Source: an uncultured cyanobacterium
GTDB taxonomy: Bacteria; Cyanobacteriota; Cyanobacteriia; Phormidesmidales; Phormidesmidaceae
Direction of reading: 5' to 3'
NCBI GenBank assembly: GCA_963793265.1
Contig: CAWBZI010000002.1
Span: forward strand, 809,743 to 873,742
Length of the DNA: 64,000 bases
The notes beneath the pieces were generated by a model. It made no database searches, was not told where the DNA came from, and saw nothing but the letters and a program-made list of their open reading frames with translations. The position numbers and the translations under genes are program-made. How positions within the stretch are numbered: position 1 is the first letter of the stretch; every line of letters starts with the position of its first letter. Shown here piece after piece: positions 11,105-20,247 of the stretch.

Positions 11105-11872
11105 ATGCGATCGCAAACAAAATGGCTAGTCTCGACGGCGCTGACTTTCTCTGCACTTGGGCTTGATGCACAAATTGCTAGCGCTCAAACAGCGGTAAAC
11201 GAGTTTGAAATTGTCTACGATACGCTCTTTGTCCTAGCGCCGATTGAAGGCCAAGAAGGGTTCTTTACGGCTAATATTTCCGGTATATCTCAAAATAGCG
11301 ATGCGGCGTTTGGTCTTACTCAATTTGAGAGTAATGCGTTTGGTAGGTTAGTCTCACAAGAGTTTGCAACAGATGAAAGCGGTAATACCGTTCCTGTTCA
11401 GCAGCGACTTGAGTTCAATGCAAATCCTGATGTGATTGGCCTAGCAGATAGACCCGGCTCGGTAATAGAACGGCGAGCGGCTTTGGGTATTCCGAATCCT
11501 GAGTCGAACTCTGATATCTATTTTGGCGAGGGCGATAACCAGCTATTTGGTCAGGCAGCCGATCGCGCTGAAATTAATTTCTCTCCGCCAGGCTCTCCTG
11601 ACTTTCCTGGCACTATCAACGGCGGCGGGCTCATCACTATCACAGATGGCACGGGCATTTTTGAGAATGCGAGCGGCCAGATTACGTTTGAGCAGAGCGA
11701 TCGCTTGCCAGCAGATCAGAGCGCACCCGCACCAGGCGTTGCAACTTTGTTGTTTACCGTGACGCAAAGTCAGGAAAAACAGGACGTTCCTGAACCTACA
11801 GGCGCTTTAGGTCTAATAGCAATAGGTGCGGCAGTCATGACTGGTAGCCAGCGCAAGCGTCAGGTCAGCTAG
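11105..11872 (+). CDS. PEP-CTERM sorting-domain exported protein
   Basis: Signal peptide ending ASAQ; C-terminal VPEP plus TM helix and basic tail (QRKR). Confidence 0.85.
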   Translation: MRSQTKWLVSTALTFSALGLDAQIASAQTAVNEFEIVYDTLFVLAPIEGQEGFFTANISGISQNSDAAFGLTQFESNAFGRLVSQEFATDESGNTVPVQQRLEFNANPDVIGLADRPGSVIERRAALGIPNPESNSDIYFGEGDNQLFGQAADRAEINFSPPGSPDFPGTINGGGLITITDGTGIFENASGQITFEQSDRLPADQSAPAPGVATLLFTVTQSQEKQDVPEPTGALGLIAIGAAVMTGSQRKRQVS

Positions 11873-11876
11873 ACGT

Positions 11877-13343
11877 TCACTTGTCCACCGGATTTTGAAT
11901 TTTTGCTAGCAAATCGTAGAAAGGTTGCCAGTTGTCTTCTTCGGTAATAGGTGCCCAAACAGCTTCGATTTGAGGGCGTAGGAGTACTGTTTTAGGATTG
12001 GTGGCGTGCAGGCACTTTTGGACTTCAGACATTTTGTCGGTGGGTAGGTGGCTGAGCGCTTTTTGGTAGTGCGATCGCCATCCTTTCAATAGCTCAGCCG
12101 CCACTGGATCAGACTTCTCAACCGCATTTGTCAAAATCAGCGCATCATCAGTCTGCCACTCGGGCACGAACTGCTGAGTAAGGGCAGCGAAAAAATCGTG
12201 GTAGCCAACGCGAGTTTCTTCAAGCAGAGGTGATGGTTTCAGCAAGCAGGTCGCGTTTGAGATCGGCAGGTAGGGTGGTGGCAAGAGTAGAGGAGATGCC
12301 GAGCTTTTGGAGGGTGTGATCGCAAAACACCTCAGCATACTTAGGCTGATACTGCGCGAGTCCCGATTCCAGACCGTTAGCATCCACAATCCCAGCTAAC
12401 GCAACGGCTAATTTCTCCAAATTCCAGTAGCAGGCTCCCGGCTGATTGCCATAGCAATAGAGGCCCGAGTAGTCAAAATAAGCGGCTGTGAACTTAGGAT
12501 CGTATTCGTCCATAAAGGCGAACGGCCCGTAGTCAAAGCTTTCGCCGGTAATCGACATGTTGTCGGTGTTAAGTACCGCATGACAAAAGCCTACGCTCAT
12601 CCACTGGGCAACTAAGGCAGCGAGTCGTTCGGCAAGCTCTGCAAACCAAAGCGCATATCGTTCCTGCTCGTCTTCGACACTAAGCAAGTGCGGATAGTAA
12701 GTTTCAATGACGTGAGTCAGTAGCTTGCGAATAAGCTCGGGCTGCTTGAGGTAGCTCAATCGCTCAAAGGTGCCAAAGCGAATGTGCGAATGGCTAAAGC
12801 GCACCATGACCGATGATCGCGTGGGTGACGGTTCATCGCCTCGGTGCAAATCTTCGCCGGTTTCGATCAGGCTAAGGGTGCGAGAGGTATTTACGCCAAG
12901 TGCATGAAGGGCTTCGGAGGCCAAAATCTCCCGTACGCCCCCTTTGAGCGTGAGGCGACCGTCGCCGCCACGTGAGTAAGGCGTAGGGCCGGAGCCTTTG
13001 GTACCCAAGTCATAGAGTTTGCCATCGGTGCCGCGAACTTGGCCGTATAAAAAGCCGCGACCGTCGCCTAAAAATGGGTTGTAGCTGCGGAACTGGTAGC
13101 CGTGATAGCGGAGGGCTAGGAACTGATCGCGACCCGTTTTTTTGGGGAGAACTCACCGAAGGCTTGGGTGAAATCGCGATCGCTCACCTCATCCGCACTC
13201 AGCCCCATCTGCTGCAACACATCATCATTCCGAAACCGCAGCACATGCTTTGGAAACGTCGCAGGCGTCACCGCATCGTAGTAGTCATCGCCCAAATCAG
13301 CCAAAGCAGACTCATAAGGCAGACTCAAAAAAAGATTCGTCAT
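11877..13343 (-). CDS. selO: Protein adenylyltransferase SelO/YdiU, split by two frameshifts (~13140 and ~12235)
   Basis: Fragments read [11 protein letters not shown]...[50 protein letters not shown] and NPKTVLLRP. Confidence 0.88.
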
Positions 13344-13344
13344 C

Positions 13345-15600
13345 TTATCCAACCGCCGTGATCCGTCTGAGATTGAGCACATCAGACATCTTCCGAATTT
13401 GAGCAAAGGTTTTATTCAAATGCTCGCAGTCTTGAATGTCGATACCCAAATCAATCTCAGCAATTTGGTCAGGGTGCGTCGTCACCCCGGCCTTATGCAC
13501 ATTGATCTTCAAATCCGAAAGCCGGGTCAAAATATCCTTCAACACACCCACTCGGTCAATCACCTCAACCTTGATCTGCACCGGATACGTATCGGGCTGT
13601 CCTTTCGCCTCATCCATCTGATTCCATCGCAGCGGAATCAGACGCTCACCTGGAATATTTTCCACATTAGGACAGTCTTGCCGGTGTACCGCAATGCCTC
13701 TACCACCCGTAGAAACGATGCCCAAAATACTTTCACCCGGCAAAGGATGACAGCAGCCTGCAATGTAGTGTAGCAAGCCTTCTAATCCAGCAATCGGCGC
13801 ATTATCATAGCCAGTATTACGGTTAGCAGGCGCTTTTACCGCCGGAATCTCGTCTTCTAAAGTCGTCGTTCGGCCACTCGTATCCGGTTGAATCGGCTGC
13901 GATTCCTTAACAGCCTCTTGCAGTCTATTTACAACCGCATTCAGCGTGACCTCGCCATAGCCCAACCCCGCCAGCAAATCATTCGCTGAACTATAGTTAC
14001 AGCGCGCTGCTGTCACCTGCGCAGGCTCAGACTTCAGCAGCGCGTCCAAGCCGCTTTTGCCCATCACCTTTTCGAGCATGTCATGACCGCGCGCCAGGTT
14101 CTCGTCGTAGTGAGACTTTTTGTACCACTGCCGAATGCGGTTGCGCGCCCCTGTGCTGACAACAAAGTTCAGCCAGTCAAGACTAGGATGAGAGTTCTTT
14201 TGCGTAATAATTTCAACAATGTCACCGTTTTGCAGCTCAGTGTCGAGCGTAACAATCCGCCCGCTTACCTTTGCCCCAGCGCAGTGATTGCCGACTTCTG
14301 TATGAATGCGATAGGCAAAATCGACTGGCGTCGCGCCCCGGCTGAGTGGAATCACATCGCCGCCGGGGGTAAAGACATAGACATCTTCTTCAAACAGATT
14401 ATTTTTTACGCCCGAAAGGTATTCCTGAGCATCTTTAAGTTCGTTCTGCCAGTCTAAGAGCTGACGCAGCCAGGTGAACTTTTCATCGTCGGCATTTGCT
14501 GTTGCGTTGCTATTACCTGACTCTTTGTACTTCCAATGAGCCGCAATTCCGTACTCGGCAATGTGGTGCATCTCGACGGTACGAATTTGCACTTCAATCG
14601 GGCGACCGTGAGGCCCAATTACAACCGTGTGTAGCGACTGATAGCGGTTGGGCTTAGGTAGGCCAATATAGTCTTTAAAGCGGCCTGGAATCGGGCGAAA
14701 TAAGTTGTGGGCCACCGCCAAGGCTCGGTAGCATTCCTCGGTAGTGCTGACGATAAGACGAACGGCGGCGATGTCGTAAATCTCGGTAAACTGCTTTTGC
14801 TGCCGCTCCATTTTGCGGTAGATGCTGTAGAGGTGTTTAGGACGACCGCTGACATCTTCGCAGTGAATGCCCAGGCTCGTAATGCTCTCTCTAAGACTTT
14901 GACTGACTTGATTAAGGCGCGCTTCGCGGTCGGCGCGCTTCTCAACGATGAGCTGCTTGAGTTCGTTGTAGGCGTCGGGCTCAAGGTATTTGAAGCAAAG
15001 ATCTTCGAGTTCCCACTTGAATCGCCCGATCCCTAAGCGGTTTGCTAGGGGTGCGAATATCTCTAGCGTTTCACGGGCAATCCGAATTTGTTTGTCGGGG
15101 CGCAAGTGCTCCAGGGTTCGCATGTTGTGCAGGCGATCGGCTAGCTTGACGACGATGACGCGAATATCTTGAGCCATTGCCAAGAACATACGGCGAAAGT
15201 TCTCGGCCTGCTGCTCGGTTTTACTTTCAAAGTTAAACTTAGAGAGCTTTGTAACCCCTTCGACTAGGTGACGAACTTCTGCGCCAAACAGTCCTTCAAT
15301 CTCATCGGCGGTAACGTCAGTATCTTCAACAACATCGTGCAAAAAGCCAGCGGCAATCATGGCGCTATCGCCACCTAAGCTTCGGAGCAACCCGGCGACT
15401 GCAACCGGATGAGCAATGTATGGATCCCCAGACGCTCGCATTTGCCCCTTATGGAGCTGATAGGCAAATTCAAAAGCGCGGCAGACGAGCTGGTTGCCAT
15501 CGACGACATCAGCGTTCTCTTCATGCTTAACCAAACAGGAGGAGAGCCAGGCGGGCAACGGACAATCTTCTTGAGAAACGGCAAGGGCGGTTGCAGTCAT
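13345..15600 (-). CDS. relA: Bifunctional (p)ppGpp synthetase/hydrolase (RelA/SpoT)
   Basis: HD domain (LHDVVEDT), synthetase (RFKDYIGLPKPNRYQSLHT), TGS and ACT domains. Confidence 0.97.
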   Translation of the reverse strand: MTATALAVSQEDCPLPAWLSSCLVKHEENADVVDGNQLVCRAFEFAYQLHKGQMRASGDPYIAHPVAVAGLLRSLGGDSAMIAAGFLHDVVEDTDVTADEIEGLFGAEVRHLVEGVTKLSKFNFESKTEQQAENFRRMFLAMAQDIRVIVVKLADRLHNMRTLEHLRPDKQIRIARETLEIFAPLANRLGIGRFKWELEDLCFKYLEPDAYNELKQLIVEKRADREARLNQVSQSLRESITSLGIHCEDVSGRPKHLYSIYRKMERQQKQFTEIYDIAAVRLIVSTTEECYRALAVAHNLFRPIPGRFKDYIGLPKPNRYQSLHTVVIGPHGRPIEVQIRTVEMHHIAEYGIAAHWKYKESGNSNATANADDEKFTWLRQLLDWQNELKDAQEYLSGVKNNLFEEDVYVFTPGGDVIPLSRGATPVDFAYRIHTEVGNHCAGAKVSGRIVTLDTELQNGDIVEIITQKNSHPSLDWLNFVVSTGARNRIRQWYKKSHYDENLARGHDMLEKVMGKSGLDALLKSEPAQVTAARCNYSSANDLLAGLGYGEVTLNAVVNRLQEAVKESQPIQPDTSGRTTTLEDEIPAVKAPANRNTGYDNAPIAGLEGLLHYIAGCCHPLPGESILGIVSTGGRGIAVHRQDCPNVENIPGERLIPLRWNQMDEAKGQPDTYPVQIKVEVIDRVGVLKDILTRLSDLKINVHKAGVTTHPDQIAEIDLGIDIQDCEHLNKTFAQIRKMSDVLNLRRITAVG

Positions 15601-15706
15601 AGCTGAAAGTGTCTCTTATGAAATGACGATTGATATGGCGACCGATATGGCGGTTAGGACGGCAGCCGCTTAATAACCTGGCTGATAGTCCAAAAAGAGC
15701 GGTAGA

Positions 15707-15749
15707 ACGATAGAAGTTGAGTAACGTTAGTTAAAGTAGAATTAACTAC
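15707..15749 (-). promoter_or_regulatory. Putative NtcA-activated promoter of relA: GTA-N8-TAC box, N23, TAN3T
   Basis: GTAgaattaacTAC at 15736-15749 lies within the palindrome AAAGTAG-N6-CTACTTT. TATCGT on the minus strand at 15712-15707 is 23 nt downstream. Confidence 0.6.
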
Positions 15750-16226
15750 TTTGAGATAAAAATCAGAACTTATGAAAGTATCTTCTTTTCGAGGCTTTCT
15801 TTTTATGAGAGAGGCATCACAAAAGGAAACAAACTACAAGGAGTAACCGTAAATTATGTCTTCAGGCATGATTCGTTGAGCCCTGGAAAGCAATTATCGT
15901 GATTTGGCTATCTTTTAAATCGTAGATATCTGATAAATGAAAGATGCTCTACGGATAAAAAAATAGACCTTGATAGGTCTGACGCAAATCAAGTGTGTTT
16001 TGTTCAAGCGCATTTTGTTGTACGCAAGCTTGGTCAACTGCTTTGTGCAAGGTAAATTTACTTAGAGAATGAAGGGTGTCAGACTCTTTTTGATACTGAG
16101 CTTCCGTGAGCTGTTTTTGTGGGCTTTTGATTTGGCTAAAGGCAGAGCTGGTATAAATTTGTTGATTAGACAATGATAAACAAAACTGTCACGATTGAGA
16201 GAAGAGATTAGAAAAAAAGGAATTGG

Positions 16227-16598
16227 ATGGCCCATTCAGCGCATGAATTATGTAGCCTTGTTCAGTCTTTTTTGACGAATATTAACGAGTTGGCTGTCAT
16301 ACCCGACGATTGGACTGCTACTTTTGTAGAGCAGCTAACGGAGCTACAACAGCAGTTTCAACAAATAATAGAGGCATTTGAAGCAACACGCATCGATCCT
16401 CAGGCAGAGCAGCGATTAAGACCTTTTTTGACAGAAGGCCACAGGCGGTTACGATTAGCAGGCGTTGAAGCGATGCGGCTGCGGGCAGCAAAACAGCCTG
16501 CCACGATAGAAAAGCAGCGATCGCACATTCAAGCCCATCTCGATCAGCTGCAAAAGTTCGCCCAAGCGATCGCTGATGAGGTGTGCCCCGACTCGTAG
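16227..16598 (+). CDS. patD: PatD-family protein
   Basis: Helical 123 aa protein with TExHRRLRL...MRLRAAKQPAT motif, divergent from relA as recalled for other cyanobacteria. Confidence 0.7.
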   Translation: MAHSAHELCSLVQSFLTNINELAVIPDDWTATFVEQLTELQQQFQQIIEAFEATRIDPQAEQRLRPFLTEGHRRLRLAGVEAMRLRAAKQPATIEKQRSHIQAHLDQLQKFAQAIADEVCPDS

Positions 16599-16610
16599 GA
16601 AACCACTGCC

Positions 16611-17177
16611 GTGCACTGCCCCAAAGAAACCGCGATCGCGCTAACCCCCAATCAGCGCACCAAAGATCTGCCGACTCACGGCTGCGCTAGCTGCGAAGGC
16701 CACTGGATTCCGGCTAAAAACTACCAGAGGTGGCAGGCGCTCAATGCTGGCTTAGATGCGATTCCTGAAAAAGTGCTGCCGCTATCGCTAGAAACAGATT
16801 TTAAGCCTGCGCCGCTAGATGGGCGGGCGGGGCTATGCCCGGAGTGTGGGACATATTTGAAGCGATCGCGGATTAATCTGCGCAGAGGCTCCTTTTATAT
16901 AGAGCGGTGTCCTTTGTGCGATGGGCTGTGGTGCGATCGCGGTGAATGGCAGATATTTGAGGCGCTAGGCTTACACGTTCAAATACCAATCGTCTTTCAG
17001 CCTGAGTGGCAGTCGCAGGTAAAGGCAATGGAGCAGGTTGAGCGGCAGCGAATGGCGGTGGTGGAAAAGCTGGGGGATGATATTGCCAATCGTGTGTTTG
17101 AGCTATCTGATTTACTTAAGAACCATCCCCACGGCGATTTTGGGGTGGGCTATTTGATGCGGAAGTTGAACGAGTAG
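16611..17177 (+). CDS. zf-TFIIB-like zinc-ribbon protein
   Basis: Repeated CP/CxxC pairs: CASCEGHW, CPECG, CPLCDGLWCDRGEW. Confidence 0.8.
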   Translation: MHCPKETAIALTPNQRTKDLPTHGCASCEGHWIPAKNYQRWQALNAGLDAIPEKVLPLSLETDFKPAPLDGRAGLCPECGTYLKRSRINLRRGSFYIERCPLCDGLWCDRGEWQIFEALGLHVQIPIVFQPEWQSQVKAMEQVERQRMAVVEKLGDDIANRVFELSDLLKNHPHGDFGVGYLMRKLNE

Positions 17178-17350
17178 AAGCCCTCAGACTTGGCGACGCA
17201 GGATGTACGCGAGTTCGCAGAATTTGCGCTGCAGGTGTATGAAATGTCAGGGAAGCTGTTATGCGATCACGCCCAAAGCGACAACAACAAACAACTTTGC
17301 ACTTGGGAAAAGAACAGCTCGCCAATCTAAATTCTCGATAAACTTATGCT

Positions 17351-17484
17351 TACGGCCTGAAGTAAATCCTCTGTGGAGGGGCGCAGGGGTGGGTTTCGGT
17401 TTGTTGCGTAGGTTGCCGAACCCATCCCATCGCTCCTAATGCCTCTTGGGCCACCCTTCCAGAAGGGATTTACTTCGGGCTGTG
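17351..17484. repeat. Nested imperfect inverted repeat (REP/MITE-like stem-loop)
   Basis: Outer arms 17351-17381 and 17452-17484 (core GAAGTAAATCC/GGATTTACTTC). Inner arms GGGGTGGGTTTCGGT/GCCGAACCCATCCC. Confidence 0.7.
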
Positions 17485-17534
17485 AAGTTAAACAGCGCTG
17501 ATAGAAGTGCCCTATAGACAATTGCTTGCCCGAA

Positions 17535-17705
17535 CTAGCATCGATTTAGCTGCAAAAGTTCGGGCACCATCACTCTTAACTTTTGTGCCAGTAATTCTAA
17601 CGTTTCAGCCTCAGTTGCTAAGCCAGGAACATCATCACTCGTCGCCACCCACACTTCAGCCTCATCATCCCAAAAAGCATCAATCTTGCAGGTTGTCTGA
17701 CTCAT
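17535..17705 (-). CDS. DUF1902 / HicB-like small protein
   Basis: Reads MSQTTCKIDAFWDDEAEVWVATSDDVPGLATEAETLELL...MVPELL, with a GAGGGAG RBS upstream. Confidence 0.8.
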   Translation of the reverse strand: MSQTTCKIDAFWDDEAEVWVATSDDVPGLATEAETLELLAQKLRVMVPELLQLNRC

Positions 17706-17778
17706 ACTGACATCTCCCTCATTCTTTGAGCCTACCTGAATAGTTCTCGCAATTGCCAAGGTTTCCTGTCAAAAGATG

Positions 17779-17806
17779 TTGACACCCGTAAAAATACTGA
17801 TACGCT
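17779..17806 (+). promoter_or_regulatory. Sigma70-type promoter of cassette A
   Basis: TTGACA-N16-TACGCT; the TACTGATACGCT core is shared with cassette B. An 8-bp inverted repeat CCGTAAAA/TTTTACGG flanks the -10. Confidence 0.6.
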
Positions 17807-17861
17807 AGTTTTACGGCTGTTGCCCTGTCTTAAACCCACTCGGCAATCGCTCTAACCGCTC

Positions 17862-18006
17862 AAAAATTTAGCAAGCCGCCCGTGTTAACTGCTACGAACA
17901 GCCAACACAGGCTCGCCCCTTAACTGCTCTCGGCAGTCAAGAGGTTATGGAATATGATATTCCATAGCCGCCCTGACTCATGACAAGTTGGGGCGGCTAA
18001 ATTTTT
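17862..18006 (+). ncRNA. Structured leader / putative sense-antisense attenuator element, copy A
   Basis: Four hairpins framed by AAAAATTTAGC...GCTAAATTTTT. Same architecture, with compensatory changes, as 49909-50046. Confidence 0.6.
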
Positions 18007-18036
18007 GCGCTTTCTTCAAACTCATCTCGGAGAAAC

Positions 18037-18387
18037 GTGAAAATGACCATTCGCCTCATGAGACTGCCTGGCCTCGCGCTCAGGTTGCAAACCCATTCGA
18101 CTACTTTTCCTGGATCCCTAACCTCAGACGCTATAGATCAAGACTTCCTGAATCCTTTAAGTGGGCCTACTCGTAAGCAAAATAAGGGCGATCGCACCTG
18201 CCAAAAAGAAGAACTGCGCCACATTCTACTCGGCTCGCCCGGCGCAATTCAGCAGGCCATCCATCAGCTACACGTATTGAACTACGCAGAAACAGTACTG
18301 TGGAGCCCGACTACGGCGGTGGACGATCGCATCATCATCACGCCAGAGCAGGGAGAAGCCATGAGCTTATTGAGGCGATCGGTATAG
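18037..18387 (+). CDS. Uncharacterised small protein, paralog of 49550-49861
   Basis: C-terminal 56 aa (RHILLGSP...IHQLHVLNYAE..LWS...GEAMSLLR) share 29/56 identities with the paralog. Confidence 0.75.
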   Translation: MKMTIRLMRLPGLALRLQTHSTTFPGSLTSDAIDQDFLNPLSGPTRKQNKGDRTCQKEELRHILLGSPGAIQQAIHQLHVLNYAETVLWSPTTAVDDRIIITPEQGEAMSLLRRSV

Positions 18388-18504
18388 TTTGACACCGGTT
18401 CAGGATAAGCGTTTCATGCTTACCGGCAGATCCTTGTATCTTAGGAGCAAGGCATCTGCGGGTGCCAGCCAAATGACTCTTAATGCGTAAACAATAAAAA
18501 GCCC

Positions 18505-20205
18505 ATGGCCGCTCTTCCCACTCCGCCCGGCGTTTCCAATCCCGTAGATACTGTAAACGTGGCATCAAATCCACCACTATTCGCCGTCGAGAACTTTCGG
18601 GTGTCTTATACGGGCCAGTCGGTATGGGCGATTGACGATGTGAGCCTTTCCTTACGGGCAGGCGAACGGCTTGGCCTCGTAGGCGAATCGGGCTGCGGCA
18701 AAAGTACGCTCGGGCGAGCAGCGATGCGACTTATGCCGCCAGCCACCCGCATTGAAGGCAAAGCCACCTTTCAAGGCGACTCCATTCTAGATTTCTCGCC
18801 CGTAGAGCTGCGAAAGTTCCGGGGAGAAGCCGTCTCACTCGTCTTTCAAGATCCGATGACGCGGCTCGATCCTCTAATGACGATTGGTGACCACTGCACA
18901 GAAACGCTGATGGCCCACCGGCCTGAGCTGAGCAAAAAGCAGGCCAAAGAAATTGCGGTAGCCACGCTCGAAACCGTCAAAATTCCTGCTGAGCGTTGGG
19001 CGCAATATCCCCACGAGTTTAGCGGCGGTATGCGGCAAAGAGTCGCGATCGCGCTAGCCCTCGTGCTCAATCCCAAACTCATCGTTGCCGACGAACCTAC
19101 CACCAGCTTAGATGTCACCGTATCAGCGCAAATTTTAGAGCAGCTTACAGAGCTGTGTGCTGAGCGCAATATGGGTCTGATTTTGATTTCTCATGATTTG
19201 GCTTTAGTGGGGGAGTATTGCGATCGCATCGCTGTGATGTACCAAGGCAAACTCGTCGAAATCGGCCCCACCCAAGAAGTCTTTTACAACCCACAGCATC
19301 CCTACACCCAGTCGCTCCTCAAAGCCGCCAATCAGCTTCAGTCCGCCGGAGCCCAAAACTCAGCGGGCGAGGCAATTAACGAAAACATCCCGATCCTTAG
19401 CCTGCAAAATCTCACCAAGCACTACACCTTAGAGCAAGGCATTCTCAGCAAGCTGCTCAGGCAAGATCCGCCCGAGGCGATCAAAGCCGTCGATGGTGTC
19501 TCACTCGATCTTTACCCCGGCGAAATTCTCGGCCTCGTAGGCGAATCCGGCTGCGGCAAAAGCACCCTCTCTCGCACCCTGCTGCGCATCGTCGAACCCA
19601 CCTCCGGCAAAATCATATTCCAGGGCACCGACTTCACCGACCTATCGCGCACAGACTTACAGGCCAAGCGTCGCGACATTCAAATGATCTTCCAAGATCC
19701 ACACGCCTGCCTAAACCCAATGATGACTATCGGCAGGGGCATTGCCGATCCACTGTTAATTCACGGGCTTGCCAGCCACGCCGAAGCTGAGAAAAAAGTG
19801 AACGCGATGCTAGAGCGCGTCGGCCTTACGCCCGTAGAAGACTACTATCATCGCTATCCCGGCGATATTTCGGGCGGACAGCAGCAAAGAGTTGCGATCG
19901 CCCGCGCCCTCATCACCCGGCCCAAGCTCGTAATCTGCGATGAGCCCGTCAGTATGCTAGACGCCAGCGTTCAGGCACAGGTGCTAGAGCTAATGCTCGA
20001 TCTTAAAGATGAGCTGGAGCTGACGTATTTGTTTATTACGCATGATCTGTGGGTGGCGAAATATTTGTGCGATCGCATTGCTGTGATGAACGGCGGCAAA
20101 CTCGTCGAAATCGGCTCCACCGAACAAATCTTCAGCGCCCCCGCCCACCCCTATACAAAGACACTGCTTCAAGCAGCTCCCCTGCTTGCAAAGGCCAACG
20201 GTTAA
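18505..20205 (+). CDS. Dipeptide/oligopeptide ABC transporter, fused double ATPase
   Basis: Two GESGCGKST Walker A motifs, SGGMRQR and SGGQQQR signatures, HPYT motifs. Confidence 0.93.
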   Translation: MAALPTPPGVSNPVDTVNVASNPPLFAVENFRVSYTGQSVWAIDDVSLSLRAGERLGLVGESGCGKSTLGRAAMRLMPPATRIEGKATFQGDSILDFSPVELRKFRGEAVSLVFQDPMTRLDPLMTIGDHCTETLMAHRPELSKKQAKEIAVATLETVKIPAERWAQYPHEFSGGMRQRVAIALALVLNPKLIVADEPTTSLDVTVSAQILEQLTELCAERNMGLILISHDLALVGEYCDRIAVMYQGKLVEIGPTQEVFYNPQHPYTQSLLKAANQLQSAGAQNSAGEAINENIPILSLQNLTKHYTLEQGILSKLLRQDPPEAIKAVDGVSLDLYPGEILGLVGESGCGKSTLSRTLLRIVEPTSGKIIFQGTDFTDLSRTDLQAKRRDIQMIFQDPHACLNPMMTIGRGIADPLLIHGLASHAEAEKKVNAMLERVGLTPVEDYYHRYPGDISGGQQQRVAIARALITRPKLVICDEPVSMLDASVQAQVLELMLDLKDELELTYLFITHDLWVAKYLCDRIAVMNGGKLVEIGSTEQIFSAPAHPYTKTLLQAAPLLAKANG

Positions 20206-20247
20206 GCAAGAGATAGGAGAAATGACTAACAAAAAGTAGGAGAGAAA

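Noticed and set aside
15949..16173. 74 aa ORF between relA and patD
   Set aside because: TTG start, no motif, and it lies in a probable divergent promoter region.
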